Assembly (NCBI RefSeq): GCF_037042905.1 | Contig: NC_087245.1 | Coordinates: forward strand, 43,650,001 to 43,714,000 | DNA: 64,000 nucleotides | From: Lytechinus pictus | Lineage: Eukaryota | Direction: 5' to 3' | In this document: piece after piece, positions 1 to 11,828 of the stretch | Numbering within the stretch: position 1 is the first letter of the stretch | Layout of the letters: each line of letters starts with the position of its first letter | Position numbers and translations under genes: made by a program | Notes under the pieces: generated by a model | The model's input: only the letters and a program-made list of their open reading frames with translations | Told to the model about the DNA's origin: nothing | Databases searched by the model: none

Positions 1-580
1 TTAAAACAACATTTCTAAAAAGCTTCAAAACTCCTTTCTCGTAATTACAAAAAAGTGCATGCAGTAATTATGGTAATAAACTTGATTTGTCATTGCCATT
101 TTTGCAACTGATTATTACTTCCGCGTAACCCTGGTTAAATGAATTTAAAGAACAGTTTTATAAAGTAATGAAAAATACAAAGTAGGACTAGGAAAAAATT
201 AAACCACCGTTTTATTATTATTATGTGCATTTGATTTGGAGTATTGGCTAAGAAAAGGTGGTCAAACCTGTATATGCACTTTTTACAATGCCACTCTTTT
301 TTTTTTTGGGGGGGGGGGGGCGGATCTGAAATTTGCAGCACCTATAAAATGTGCCGTGATCCAAGACCGGGAAGGTTCAGAATTATGAGTTGCATATTTT
401 AAAGGTGCAAAGCTTAACGTTTTGCTCACATGCGTCCCCTTAAAAAAAAAAAAACGTACATTTTTTTTCTCGTACATTTCAATTTTCTTGATTTCTTCCC
501 CCTGACTGTTGCAGATAGATCAAGTACTGGAGCTCTCATAGTTTCCAAACATATCACTCTGAACTCATTCTTTGTTTCAG

Positions 581-669
581 ATGACATTGAACCAGACGGG
601 GATGGTTTATATAAACATCTTGTAATTAGCCCAGCTACGCCAACCATTCACCAGCTTAATAGTGTCAGG
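581..669 (+). CDS. Caspase exon (linker before the large subunit)
   Basis: Acceptor tttgtttcag at 580, donor gtatgt at 670; reads (D)DIEPDGDGLYKHLVISPATPTIHQLNSVR in phase with the next exon. An alternative acceptor at 514 is possible. Confidence 0.7.
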
Positions 670-3600
670 GTATGTATTATTAGCCTCACAAGAATAGCCG
701 ATTTGCGGACTTTTTGGGGGAGAGGATGTAAAACCGTTGCCTATATAATTTCAAGCATGCATCATTATGTGACTGTCAAGTGAAGAAACAATCACTAGAC
801 GCACCGAGCTAAAGAGTTAATCTCTATCTTGCATTTGACTTTAAAATTTTCAAAAAGTTTTAAGTTCTTCACTTTCAATTCCATGTAAATTAGCCTATCA
901 TGCCTATTGTATTTTATAACCTTTCACAAGATTGCAGCACCAGATATATTACATAATGTTACATTCTTAAACCGAAGTCATTGGTTTTATCAAAATTATT
1001 TTGTTATTTTTCGAATATTTTCGGAATACATATATTTGTTTTGTCTTCACCAACAGAACTATGACTCGATGTATCGATCGCCTCAAAAGGGTGTAGCATA
1101 CATTCTCAACAATCGTCTATTCTCTGCAGGCAGAGAACGGAGAGGTTCAGAGGTCGACCTCCAAAATGTACAACATTTATTCACCCAGCTTGGATATGAG
1201 ACTATCATCGATGAGAATTCTACGGCTGAAGTAAGATATGAATCCCAACAGTTTCCCCACCTCAAAGCTTCTTTTAAAAACAATAAATAAACCGAGATTT
1301 ATTAGAAATTAAATAAATTGAATAGATAAACGATAAGAGAATGAATGAATAAATAATATAGACACTTTGTGATTAAATAAATGAAGTAAAAAGTAATTGC
1401 TTGCATGCGTTATGAATAGCCTAAATGATTCCATCTTTAAAAGAAAACAAACCAATATTTGTAAAGTCATACATCAAATGAATTAACTTTGTCTTCCAGA
1501 AAATACGCCACAACTTAGATTCTTTAGTAAGGCGAATCAATCAAGAAGGGGCCAAAATTCACAGTTCTCTGGTTTTGTTTCTGATGAGCCATGGGACTCC
1601 CCGTGGAATTCTGGGTACTGACGAGCTTGAAATATCAATTGAAGAAATCATCGGCCGACTATCCGGAAAGAACTGCCACGCGCTCGTGGAGAAGCCGAAG
1701 ATTGTTTTCATTCAGGCTTGCCGCGGACGTAAGTGTACGACTTGTACAGTCATCATTGAAAAGAGTTAGTATATTATGTAAATGCCAGTCACTCACACAA
1801 AAAGTTCACGGAGGGGATAGCATTTCACTGAAATTTGCAGGGAAAAACTCCGATGAAATCAAAACCTTACAAACAAAGTTAGTTTCGTGCATGTACATTA
1901 AAACTCCGTTTTGTAGCCTACCCTTCGCCTTCGATGGACCCCCGGGGGGGGGGGGGGCAGTGCAAGACGTGGGCGGCCACCAGCCGTCTCGCAAAGATGT
2001 CCCGCTACAATACTAACATTTATTCAGACTATATAATCTATGTGCGCTTTCATCTATTTTGAGCAGTTAACTTCCCTTAAAGAGAATGCATAAGAAATCC
2101 CCTATACGGTACCTTAAACTATTTTGAAAGTGTTACTCTTAATACGTGGCTCACATATTCATTCATTTACTTCATATAATCATCAATAGATTCATTTCCT
2201 GGGTAATGTATATATTAATTTGTCAATTTATTTGTTTATATTTATTTTCGTTTCTTTAAACAGTAAATCATTAATACTTTTCAATCGTCATAAGTGCTTT
2301 ATACTGATTTTGCAAGTGTCAGTGGAGCACCAGAGGCATTTAAAGAGAGAGAGGGGGGGGGGGTCCCCTCCATGTTCCCCCACCCAATCCTATCCCTCTT
2401 GGTGCTGCTGAGGGCAAGTGTTCATCTCCCATTGGTAAATATTTCCTTCTTTTATTGAAATCACAGAAAATCTGCAGCAGAGTGCCGTCGATGGTGACTC
2501 AGTTTTATTCGACTATCGAGAAGAACCGGAAGATTATCTCCGTAGAAGAGGTGTAGCAACGGATGATGGCGTTTATCCATCGAGCAAAACCATCCCTGAT
2601 CACTCTCTGGAAGTAGACTCTCTACCCGACAACACGGATATCTATGTAGCGTATGCAACATCATACGGTGCGTATTAAAAGCCCCCCTCACACCTGACCG
2701 AATGTAGGCGGACGAAGGGTGACGAATGGGAAAAAATGCACGAAATGCACGCGAATAAAACTTCCGTCAAATCATGCGATCAGTAACTGTTATCAAATTC
2801 TATCAACGAACGGTAAACGAAGGATGAAATATGACATGCGAAGGATATCGATTTTTCGGTTTACCTCTTTGAGTAAATTGCAGCCGAAGGCTTGCGAAGG
2901 GTTGGTATAACCCAATAAGACGAACGAACAGTGAACATGGTTTGATATGACGTGCGATTAGAAACGAAGACGAGGGAATAGATCGGGCCTTCTTGTACGT
3001 TTGTGTCATCGTGTTGCTTCGTTAAGGGTTCTTTCGAGATCGGTCCACTATGGCAAAAGTGCGATGAGGGACTATGCGCGACAATAACACACGAACGATA
3101 AACATGCTAAACGAACGATTACCGCAGACTAAATAAGAGATGCGAATTAAAACAGGTAACCAACGATTTTTCATTTCGTCGGGAAATTTTAAACATGTTC
3201 AAAATTTCCGCACGAATTTGAGTAGTCGCAGCTATTAGTACAAAAGGTGTACGAACCTAAACACGAAGGATATGATTTACCATCAGTTACCATTAAAAAC
3301 GATAAAAAAGAAATGTCTTTCGCCAGGGGGGCGGGCGGTTGTAGTGTCAAGAGTTTACTGTTGCCGGCGGTAATTGTGTTTGGGGTCATATTCTGTTTAA
3401 AAAAGATCAAGAAAGAATCGTAAGGAGTAACGCAGCAGACAAAATGTTGCCAATTCGAAAGAATGATAATTATAGTAAAAACAACAAAGATCTGAAAATA
3501 GTAATGATAATAAGTGATAATGTTAACAATAATGATGTCAATGAAAATTACACATTAAATAAATCGTAATCAAGTGAGAAAACTGTGTAACCTAATTAAT

Positions 3601-4440
3601 TTTTTTGTTATTTCCTTCAAGAAAAGAAGAAAAAAAGCCAACTATTTTCAACTCACAAAGTATAATTTTAATTGAATTGTTTAGTGAGTGTTGCGTTTAA
3701 ATCATTCATTCCACTTATTTGAGTACACAGCGGTTTCTATTGAAGGAAACCAAATCGTAATGAAAATGTTTGTTTTAGGTTACTTCTCAGTTCGAGACAC
3801 GGTGAAGGGTTCGTGGTTTGTACAAGCTACATGTGAGGAATTCATTGCAGGGGCTCATATTGATGATCTTGATACTATGATGGAAAGTGTAAGTAAATAC
3901 CAAATTGACGGTATCAACTGATTGATTAAATGCTAATATATTGATTTATTATGATATCTATTTCTCTGGGGGTTCATTTATTTATTAATTCCTCAGTTTA
4001 CTTTACTATTTTTTTTAATTCATGCTTTCATATGTATGTATATATCTATGAAATATGTGATTTACTATATCACATATTTAACAGAGGTATAGATGGATGG
4101 AAGGATATATGGATGGATGGAAGGACAGATAGATAGACAGAGAGATATTTAGAAATTCTTTTCATATCCAAATGAACAATAATATACAAAGTACATAAAA
4201 ATAGAAATGTTTTGAGCAGATTTATAAAATATTCATCACGTTGACATCTATAATTAACAAAGGTGCTTTCGTGTTATTTTTAAATTTTAGGTTACGAGGC
4301 GAGTAACCAGATTATGGGGTAGAATGAAACTGAGGACGGGTCAAGAAGTCACCATGCTACAGACACCAGATATCCGGAAACAGGGAGTACGAAGGAAAAT
4401 TTATTTCGCTCCTAAATATCCGACATCGGAGTCTGCATGA
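581..4440 (+). CDS. Caspase (peptidase C14A), 5'-incomplete spliced gene; exons 581-669, 1057-1230, 1500-1728, 2467-2667, 3779-3888, 4291-4440
   Basis: All introns GT-AG with matching phases (0,0,1,1,0). Spliced protein has RRGSEVD, LMSHG (catalytic His), KPKIVFIQACRG (catalytic Cys), DIYVAYAT, GYFSVRD..KGSWFVQ and KIYF, then TGA at 4438-4440. No start codon or prodomain in the window. Confidence 0.95.
1057..1230 (+). CDS. Caspase exon (start of p20)
   Basis: caacag acceptor, gtaaga donor; NYDSMYRSPQKGVAYILNN...RRGSEVDLQNVQHLFTQLGY...NSTAE. Confidence 0.93.
1500..1728 (+). CDS. Caspase exon with the catalytic His and Cys
   Basis: ttccag acceptor, gtaagt donor; KIRHNL...LFLMSHG...KPKIVFIQACRG. 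Confidence 0.96.
2467..2667 (+). CDS. Caspase exon (inter-subunit linker and start of p10)
   Basis: tcacag acceptor, gtgcgt donor; NLQQSAVDGD...LEVDSLPDNTDIYVAYATSY(G); not in the ORF track. Confidence 0.92.
3779..3888 (+). CDS. Caspase exon (p10)
   Basis: ttttag acceptor, gtaagt donor; GYFSVRDTVKGSWFVQATCEEF...DLDTMMES. Confidence 0.95.
4291..4440 (+). CDS. Caspase terminal coding exon
   Basis: ttttag acceptor; VTRRVTRL...QTPDIRKQGVRRKIYFAPKYPTSESA*. Confidence 0.92.
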   Translation, partial: VTRRVTRLWGRMKLRTGQEVTMLQTPDIRKQGVRRKIYFAPKYPTSESA

Positions 4441-5544
4441 AACTTAATAAGTTAAGAAGTTTATGCAAAATGTATTAGTGCCTTACAGTGTAAACTAATC
4501 AATTGGAACGCAAACAGCCTCTCTTAATTTTCTGTAAAATCTTAGAAATAATAACCTTATAAGACTCCAGAAGGACCGGGGAGCGAAATTATTTTTCCCA
4601 CCGCAGTTCTGGAACAAAATATGAATATTCATGACTTGCGTCTTTGGAATAAGAGTACGCATGCGCGTGAATTAATTGTCAGTGCCTTGATCAGCACCCT
4701 AAAATTACCGGTACCATTACATATAGTTACATAGGCCTTTTAGGCTTAGATCTATTTGTATCTAGATCCAATTCTTAAACATTATTAAACTAGCTGCCAT
4801 TAATGACAAGACAAAATGCTAGGCTAGGGCTAGCTTCGGCAAGCGCATTAACTTTACCTCAATTCTGGACCTGTCTAATGCCTAATACTAGTAGCCGACT
4901 AATGCCATGGTTTACTTCGAACTGGTTACCCAGGTAACAATACAGCGTTGGAAAAACGTTGGATCAACGTTGGGAAATTTTTCCCAACGTTGCCTCAACG
5001 TTGGCAGGCAAACGTTGCATCATCGATAGAAATGCACGCGCATACATCGTCAGACCAACAACATTTCCAACGTCAGTTCACCCTTGTCCAGCAACAATGT
5101 TCCAACGTTGTCTGGCAACGTTAAACCAATGTTGGCTAAATAGTCAAATACAACGTTGCTACAACGTTGGTAAGCAACATTGCATCATCGATAGAAGTGC
5201 ACGTCCATTCATCGTCAGACCAACAACATTTCCTACGTCAGTTCAACGTTGTCCACCACCATCGATGCTCCAACGTTGGTCTCATGTCGGCTGAGTCATC
5301 AATAACAGCAGCGATGGAAGTGCACGCGCATACATCGTCAGTCCAACTATGTTTACAACGTTGGTTCAACGCTGTCCAGCAACAATGCTCCAACGTTGTC
5401 TGGCAACATTGCTCCAACATTGTAACAACGTTGCTCCAACAATATTCCAACGTATGGCCATAATTAACAAAACATGGCCAGGCAGGACCAACCAGGTCAA
5501 TTCAAGGCAGCGTATAATTAATAAGGCATGAATGCCAGGAAGCA

Positions 5545-6031
5545 AGTCATTGGGTGATTTCAAGTACGGTGTTCGGTGTTGAGAGCGTGAAAGGGCTGCT
5601 GAACTGAGCTCCAACACCGAGCGTAATATTATTTTTCATTAAAATGTATTAAAACTCTAATGATTTGATCTCATCTTAAATGTAAAAGATAATTTATGGG
5701 GATGGTTCGTAGTGTTCGCCCCCTGTCCGTGAGCTACAGTTCATCAACACCAACACCGAACTTTAAATCACGTACGATTCTCCCAATCCCTGCAGGGGGT
5801 TGGTGTTGCTGAATGGGGAAATTGCACGTAGATCGTCAACACCATGCACCATGCAGCCGCAGTGTTGGGTTCAGCAGATGACAATCAACACCAGCCTTCA
5901 ACACAAACTGCCGGAAATACACCATATTTTCCGAGGTCAATCCCAACACCAGCCTGATTTCAAGTACGGTGTTGTCACAACACCAACACCAGATTTCAAC
6001 ACTGTACTTTAATTGAAATCACCCAATGACT
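5545..6031. mobile_element. MITE-like insert
   Basis: 19-bp TIR agtcattgggtgatttcaa / ttgaaatcacccaatgact; internal caacacc/ggtgtt motifs; no clear TSD. Confidence 0.6.
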
Positions 6032-6914
6032 GTTGCCTTGCCCTTGGTATCGCATACTCGTTCCTGAAAATAGATGAACTACTAGATCTTGATCTAGAGT
6101 AGAGACTAGAGAGTCTCAACCTGTGCATGTGAAAGTATGATATTCATCAAATATGCAACGGTAATCATCACGCGTGTTCTCTGGTAGTGGTAATAAATAC
6201 TGGAAGGATTGAAGAAGGAGGCTGTGCATGCAGTGACCGGTGTTCAGTACTTACACGAAAATACTAGCGTTATGCACACAGAAGCTGACTCCGGGATCTT
6301 TCGGAGGAGATCAACAGTTGCAGTTACCGACTATCTGCAAGTGCAAAGAATATTTCACTGTAGTTTGTAGGTCCTAAATATGCAGCTTATAAGTACTGTG
6401 CCAGATTACTAGATATTCGGGAATTTAATTGTCTATATCCAGTTCAAATTCTGCCAGATTCTTCAAGTTCAAAATTGAAGGAAGCAGACTACACAGAAGA
6501 AGGAGTCCGACGTCGCGACAAATCTGATTATCAGAATAGTATGGTATTTTAAATAGGCACATTTGATGCTTGTATTTCCTTCTTCAATTTCTTCTAGCTA
6601 GGTGACGGTAGGCCTATATCTCGTACTTACTGTGAATGGCCTTATAGCCAGCTGCAAAGGACGAGGGCGTTTCTGGAAATTCTGGTCTTGAACTGCATTT
6701 GTTTTCTTGTTTTTCTCCTTTATTTTCTATATTAATCGACTCATTTGCAGCCCCCGGTGCAGCCTCTTGATCTATTCTATTCCGTCTTTATTTTTGTTTT
6801 CCCCGTTTAATTCCTCTTTCCCTTCCCATTATTTTCCTTCTCTCTCGATTTCTTTTCCCCTAATTGCTGGGAGGATACAAGGGTGACATGGATAGACAAG
6901 CAAACTTACTTGAT

Positions 6915-7471
6915 CGGTTACACTTCGTAATTCCGAAGGTTCTTTATTCCGAAGGTTTGTAATTCCGAAACACGTAAACTGCCTATACCTCGATGTTCGT
7001 TAATCCGAAAACGTAAAAGGGTTCGTTAATCCGAACATTTGGGAGTCATTCCGAAGGTTCGATAATCCGAAAACGAAATAAGGTTCGATGTTCCGAAGGT
7101 TCGTTAGTCCGAAAACGAAATAAGGTTCGTTGTTCCGAAGGTTCGTTAATCCAAAAATGGAATAGGGTTCGTTGTTCCGAAGGTTCGTTAGTCCGAAAAC
7201 GAAATAAGGTTCGTTAGCATCACGTTTTCGGACTGACGAACCTTCGGAATTACGAACCTCATTTCGTTTTCGGATTAACGAACCTTCGGAATTACGAACC
7301 TCACTTTGTTTTCGGACTAACGAACCTTCGGAATTACGAACCTCATTTCGTTTTCGGACTTACGAACCTTCGGAATTACGAACCTTCGGAAATACGAACC
7401 TTCGGAATAATGAACCTTCGGAATATCCGAACCTTCGGAATAACGAAGCTTCGGAATTACGAATGTATGCG
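6915..7471. mobile_element. Foldback element with tandem-repeat arms
   Basis: 8-bp TSD tacttgat (6907-6914, 7472-7479); arms are mirror arrays of a ~17-bp unit ttccgaaggttcgttaa; symmetry centre near 7220. Confidence 0.85.
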
Positions 7472-7539
7472 TACTTGATCACCCCCCGGACCCATTGGAA
7501 ATAATGTGAGTAGTTGTCGTCTGTATATCAACTCTCCAA

Positions 7540-9100
7540 TGAACCAGTTTCTAACGTTCTCAACACTGTGTATATTATGCCGGGATATTAGTTGACTGTC
7601 AAACAAATATCCACCAAACTATAGTTTCCAACATTGTGTCAATGTTAACTGTCAACAACTCTCCAATAAACTAGTTTCCAATGTTGTCAACGTTGTACCA
7701 TTGTCGGTTGTTCAACGAATCTCCATCAAACTACTTTCCAACATTGTCAACATTGTGCCATTGTCGGCTGTTCAGTAACTATCAAATCAAACATGTTTCC
7801 CACGTTGTGCCATTATCGACTGTCCAACAAATCTCCAATAAACTAGTTTCCAACGTTGTCCACGTTGTGACATTGTCCGTTGTTCAACAACTCTCCATCA
7901 AACTAGTTTCCAACTATGTCAACGTTGTGCCATTGTCGACTGTCCAACAAATCTCCAACAAAATAGTTTCCAACGTTTTCCCGTTGTCGGTTTTTCAGCA
8001 ACTCTCCATCGAACTAGATTCCAACGTAGTCAACGCTGTGCCTTTGTTGGCTGTTCAACAACTATCCAATCAAACATGTTTCCAACGTTGTGACATTGTT
8101 GGCTGTCCAACAAATCTCCAACACACTAACGTTTGTTTCCTATGTTGTGCCACTGTCAACAACTTTCCATCGAACTAGTTTCCAACGTTGCCAACGTTAT
8201 GTCATCGTCGACTATCCAACTGATCTCCAACCTACCAGTTTCCAACGTTGTGTCAGTGTCAGTTGTTCAACAACTTTCCATGTAACTAGTTTCCAGCTTT
8301 GTCAACGTTGTGTCATTGTCGACTATCCAACTAATCTCCAACCTACCATTTTCCAACGTTGTGCCATTGTCGACCGTCCAACAAATCTCCAACACACTAG
8401 TTTCCAACGTTGTGCCATCGTCGACTATCCAACAAATCTCCATCAAACCAGTTTCCAACTTTGTCAACGTTGTGCCATTGTCGGTTGATCAACAACTTTC
8501 CATCGAACTACGTTCCAACCTTGCCAACATTGTGTCATCGTTGACTATCCAACTGATCTCCAACCTACCAGTTTCCAACGTTGTGCCAGTGTCAGTTGTT
8601 AAACAACTTTCCATCGAACTAGTTTCCAGCTTTGTCAACGTTGTGCCATTGTTGGTTGTTCAACAACTTTCCATCGAACTAGTTTCCAACGTTGCCAACC
8701 TTGTGTAATTGTTGGCTGTTCAGCAACTATCCAATTAAACATGTTTTCATCGTTGTGCCATTGTCAATTGTCCAACAAATCTCCAACACACTAGTTTCCA
8801 TCGTTGTGTCATTGTCGACTATCCATCTAATCTCCAACTTACTAGTTTTCAACGTTGTGCCATTGTCGACCGTCCAACAAATCTCCAACAAACAAGTTTT
8901 CAACTTTGTCAACGTTGTGCTATTGTCGGTTGTTCAACAACTTTCCATCAAACTAGTTTCCAACGTTGCCAACGTTGTGCCTTTGCTGGCTGTTCAACAA
9001 CTTTCCATCAAACTAGTTTCCAGCGTCGATTCAACGTAAATCCATCAAGTTTTTCCAACGTCCAACGACTTTCAAGTTTCCAACGTAGAGCCAACGTTGG
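7540..9100. repeat. Degenerate tandem array (~45-55-bp units, ...ctagtttccaacgttgtgccattgtcg...)
   Basis: About 30 imperfect units seen directly; source of several spurious ORFs. Confidence 0.9.
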
Positions 9101-9738
9101 CTTGTTACCTGGGTAATTAACCTACGTGAACGCTATAACGTAACGTACGCGTATACGACCACAGAGTGAATGGATCCATGCGCATGCGTACTCCAATTCT
9201 GAAGACGCAAGTCATGAATATTCATATTTTGTTCCAGAACTGCGGTGGGAAAAATAATTTCGTGACCGGGGAATGGGAGGGACTAACTCCTCACACTTTT
9301 CGAAAACACCCAATATTTCATTGATTACGAGCGGTGTGTCAGTCAGACCGCAGGTCCCTATGCTAATGAGCAAAAAGGCCAGATTCATCCAAATCATCTC
9401 GTGGCTGAATCCTCCTCCTTGCAAAATCTCGTGATTCGTGAGATTTTCTTTCTCTAAGAATTTACCTGTTTTAACCTCAAGTTAAATGAAATATTATTGC
9501 ACCATCAGATAGAGTAAATGTTATTCTTTCATATTGGTCATTTATTTTGTATATAATATTTTATTAAATAAATACATTTCTGGCCTGAAAATGTGCCTCA
9601 AAACTGAATTTTCTTCCTCTGTTTTCTTTTGCAAATTGTGCAAAACTTTTTTTTGAGCCTCAATGATATGTATATCACCATAAAGCTGAATTTCTGTACT
9701 TTCTCACAATGCCACTCTTGATATGCGGCACCTTTTAA

Positions 9739-10024
9739 TCGGGTCAAGATCACACTTTTCCCACCAAGGTACAAGACGAGATTTATGAAATTTTGTACTT
9801 GCATGAAATCCAGAGTTCTGAATGGCTGGATAAGGTTCACAGAACAACAGGCGCGGGTAATTTGAGGAGATTACCACATGGGAAGTGTGACCTTCCCATG
9901 AACCCATGCACTGGAACCGTTGGAATTTGCCAGTGTGTGGTCTCTTTGACCAATCAGAGTGCATTATTCTTGTTTTCAAGCTGCTTTATGTACTTGGCCA
10001 ATGAAAAGTGTGATCTTGACCCGA
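9739..10024. mobile_element. MITE at a TTAA site
   Basis: 22-bp perfect TIR tcgggtcaagatcacacttttc, TTAA on both flanks. Confidence 0.75.
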
Positions 10025-10415
10025 TTAAACCAATTCTTATTTTGAAACCTATACCATTTTAAAGCATACATATTCAGCTTCATCATGATTTAAAAATCAT
10101 TTGGGCTCAACCAAATAAAGTGTGAAAATAGCATCTTTTGTCGTGTGGAAATAATTATTTTGTAGCATATTTTAGATCAAAATTTTAACTTATATTACAA
10201 AATCTTGAATAAATTCAAACACATGACCTGAAAAACGATTCTTCGTCTTTACAATGATGCCAAAATCATAAAATTCGATGCGCAATTAGAGCAGCAATGA
10301 CCGAATGAAATGAGGTGTTTTGATCCGCATCAAGCTCATTAAATATGCAAAACATCTCAAGTCATGAATATCACTTGGATGAAAGACGCCACTTTCTTGG
10401 GACCTGCCGTCCGAC

Positions 10416-10445
10416 TGGTGTTGGCTCAGTTGGTAGAGCGTCCGT
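10416..10445 (+). mobile_element. tRNA-derived SINE head fragment
   Basis: A-box/D-arm-like tggctcagttggtagagc without T-arm or acceptor stem. Confidence 0.4.
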
Positions 10446-11309
10446 TAGTCCGTATGATATGTCAATGGGAGTTGCTGCTACCCTGTTTGGCGTATTATTT
10501 TATCATGCAGTATTGATACCCCTCTGGCCAAATTTTGCTATAAGGTATGCGTATCATTCTGTATATAGATGGGATTGAAATATTTTTACATTTCAACAAT
10601 CTATCTTTTGACATACAGGGGAAGATTCATCATTCTAGCAGGTTTTCGCAATGTACTTTAAATGATATTGCAGTTTTGAGGTATTGCGATCAAAGAACAA
10701 TTATGAATTTTTCAGGATTTAATGTGACATTACATGAATGCAGTACCCCATCAGGTCCACCGGTCATGGAATATGCCTATAGATTTCATATGAAATTTTA
10801 TTATCCACCAAAAATACATTGTGCAGTCATGGATTTTCAAACATATTATTTCAAAACCACTTTTACAGCAAAACTATAATAAAGAACTATAATCAAAACT
10901 ATAACCTTGAAAAATAATGAAAGAATTTTAATATAATTAGGCACAATTACGGGGACAGCCGTATTTGACGTCTTAAAATTAAAATTCTGATTTATTCTTT
11001 GATGGATTTCTGGCAAACCTTCAACAATGACAACGATATTTTGTATGGCATATTAAAAACAGTCCCAGCTGTCCAACATATATTATGTACCCAACGCATC
11101 TTCATTCTACGACCAGCTGGCATTGCATTCCAAATTGAAATGCCAGGAGAGCTGTTTATTTTCAAGCGCCATTTTTGGTTCTCTATAAGGTTTTGTTTAT
11201 ACTTTACTTCCATAAAATTGCGAAGATAGAATCAGCGTTTTGAAACGCATCTACCTATAGCGCCCCGATCCCTCCGGTGTACTTTTCATGTTTACGTGTA
11301 GTTTTTTAA

Positions 11310-11826
11310 AGGGATACTCCTGGCTGAAGATATGTATATCTAACTGAGCAAAATCCTGGAAATTTCATCAAAATCGGATAACTAATAACGAAGTTATTGA
11401 TTTAAAAGATTTGCATTATTCTGGTGAAACAATTCTAGGTATGTCTACATGAATATTCATTAGGTAGGCTGATGATGTCACATTCGTACTTTCTTTTTGC
11501 TTATGTTATTACATGAAATCATAATTGTTTCATTTTTCATAAATGTGTCTCCATTTTGATGTTACAGCAAGAAATTGCTGCAATTGCAGCAAGAAATTAT
11601 TATTATTTATCCGAAGTTGCAGCAAGAAATAACTAATGCACTTAATCAGTTGTCAATTCAATTGTTTTAGTTCTTGGTAGAAATTCTTTTAATAAACCTA
11701 ATTTCATATAATAAAATACAAAAGCACAAGTGTGGATATGACATCATCAGCACACCTAATGAATATTCCTAAAGACATGCCAAGAACTGTTTCACAGGAA
11801 TAATGCAAATCTTAAACTTTGTTATC
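11310..11826. mobile_element. Kolobok-like non-autonomous palindromic element; right end displaced to 12780-12870
   Basis: ttaa|agggatac start, aaatttcatcaaaatcggataac motif, mirror arms; right arm stops where the foldback begins. Confidence 0.65.
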
Positions 11827-11828
11827 TA

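Larger units (their letters stand above)
4929..9113. mobile_element. Non-autonomous DNA transposon with CCCAG termini (EnSpm/CACTA-like), rich in CAACGTTG subterminal arrays
   Basis: Short TIR cccaggtaacaa / ttgttacctggg, TA on both flanks; degenerate tandem arrays of caacgttg at ~4945-5455 and ~7540-9100. Superfamily is inferred. Confidence 0.65.
4583..9263. mobile_element. Non-autonomous Mutator-like (MULE) element, host of a nested stack
   Basis: ~85-bp TIRs (4583-4666 / 9180-9263) flanked by a perfect 9-bp direct repeat gaccgggga (4574-4582, 9264-9272). Long TIR plus 9-bp TSD is the MULE signature. Confidence 0.8.

Noticed and set aside
2678..3335. acgaa-rich intronic segment, likely a MITE fragment
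   Set aside because: Only one plausible terminus and no TSD, so not called
4959..5617. Several short ORFs rich in QRC/NVV
   Set aside because: Translations of caacgttg subterminal repeats
7540..9100. ORFs of 115-165 aa and a CRISPR-like periodic look
   Set aside because: Degenerate tandem array inside a transposon; no constant repeat with unique spacers, no cas genes, eukaryotic context
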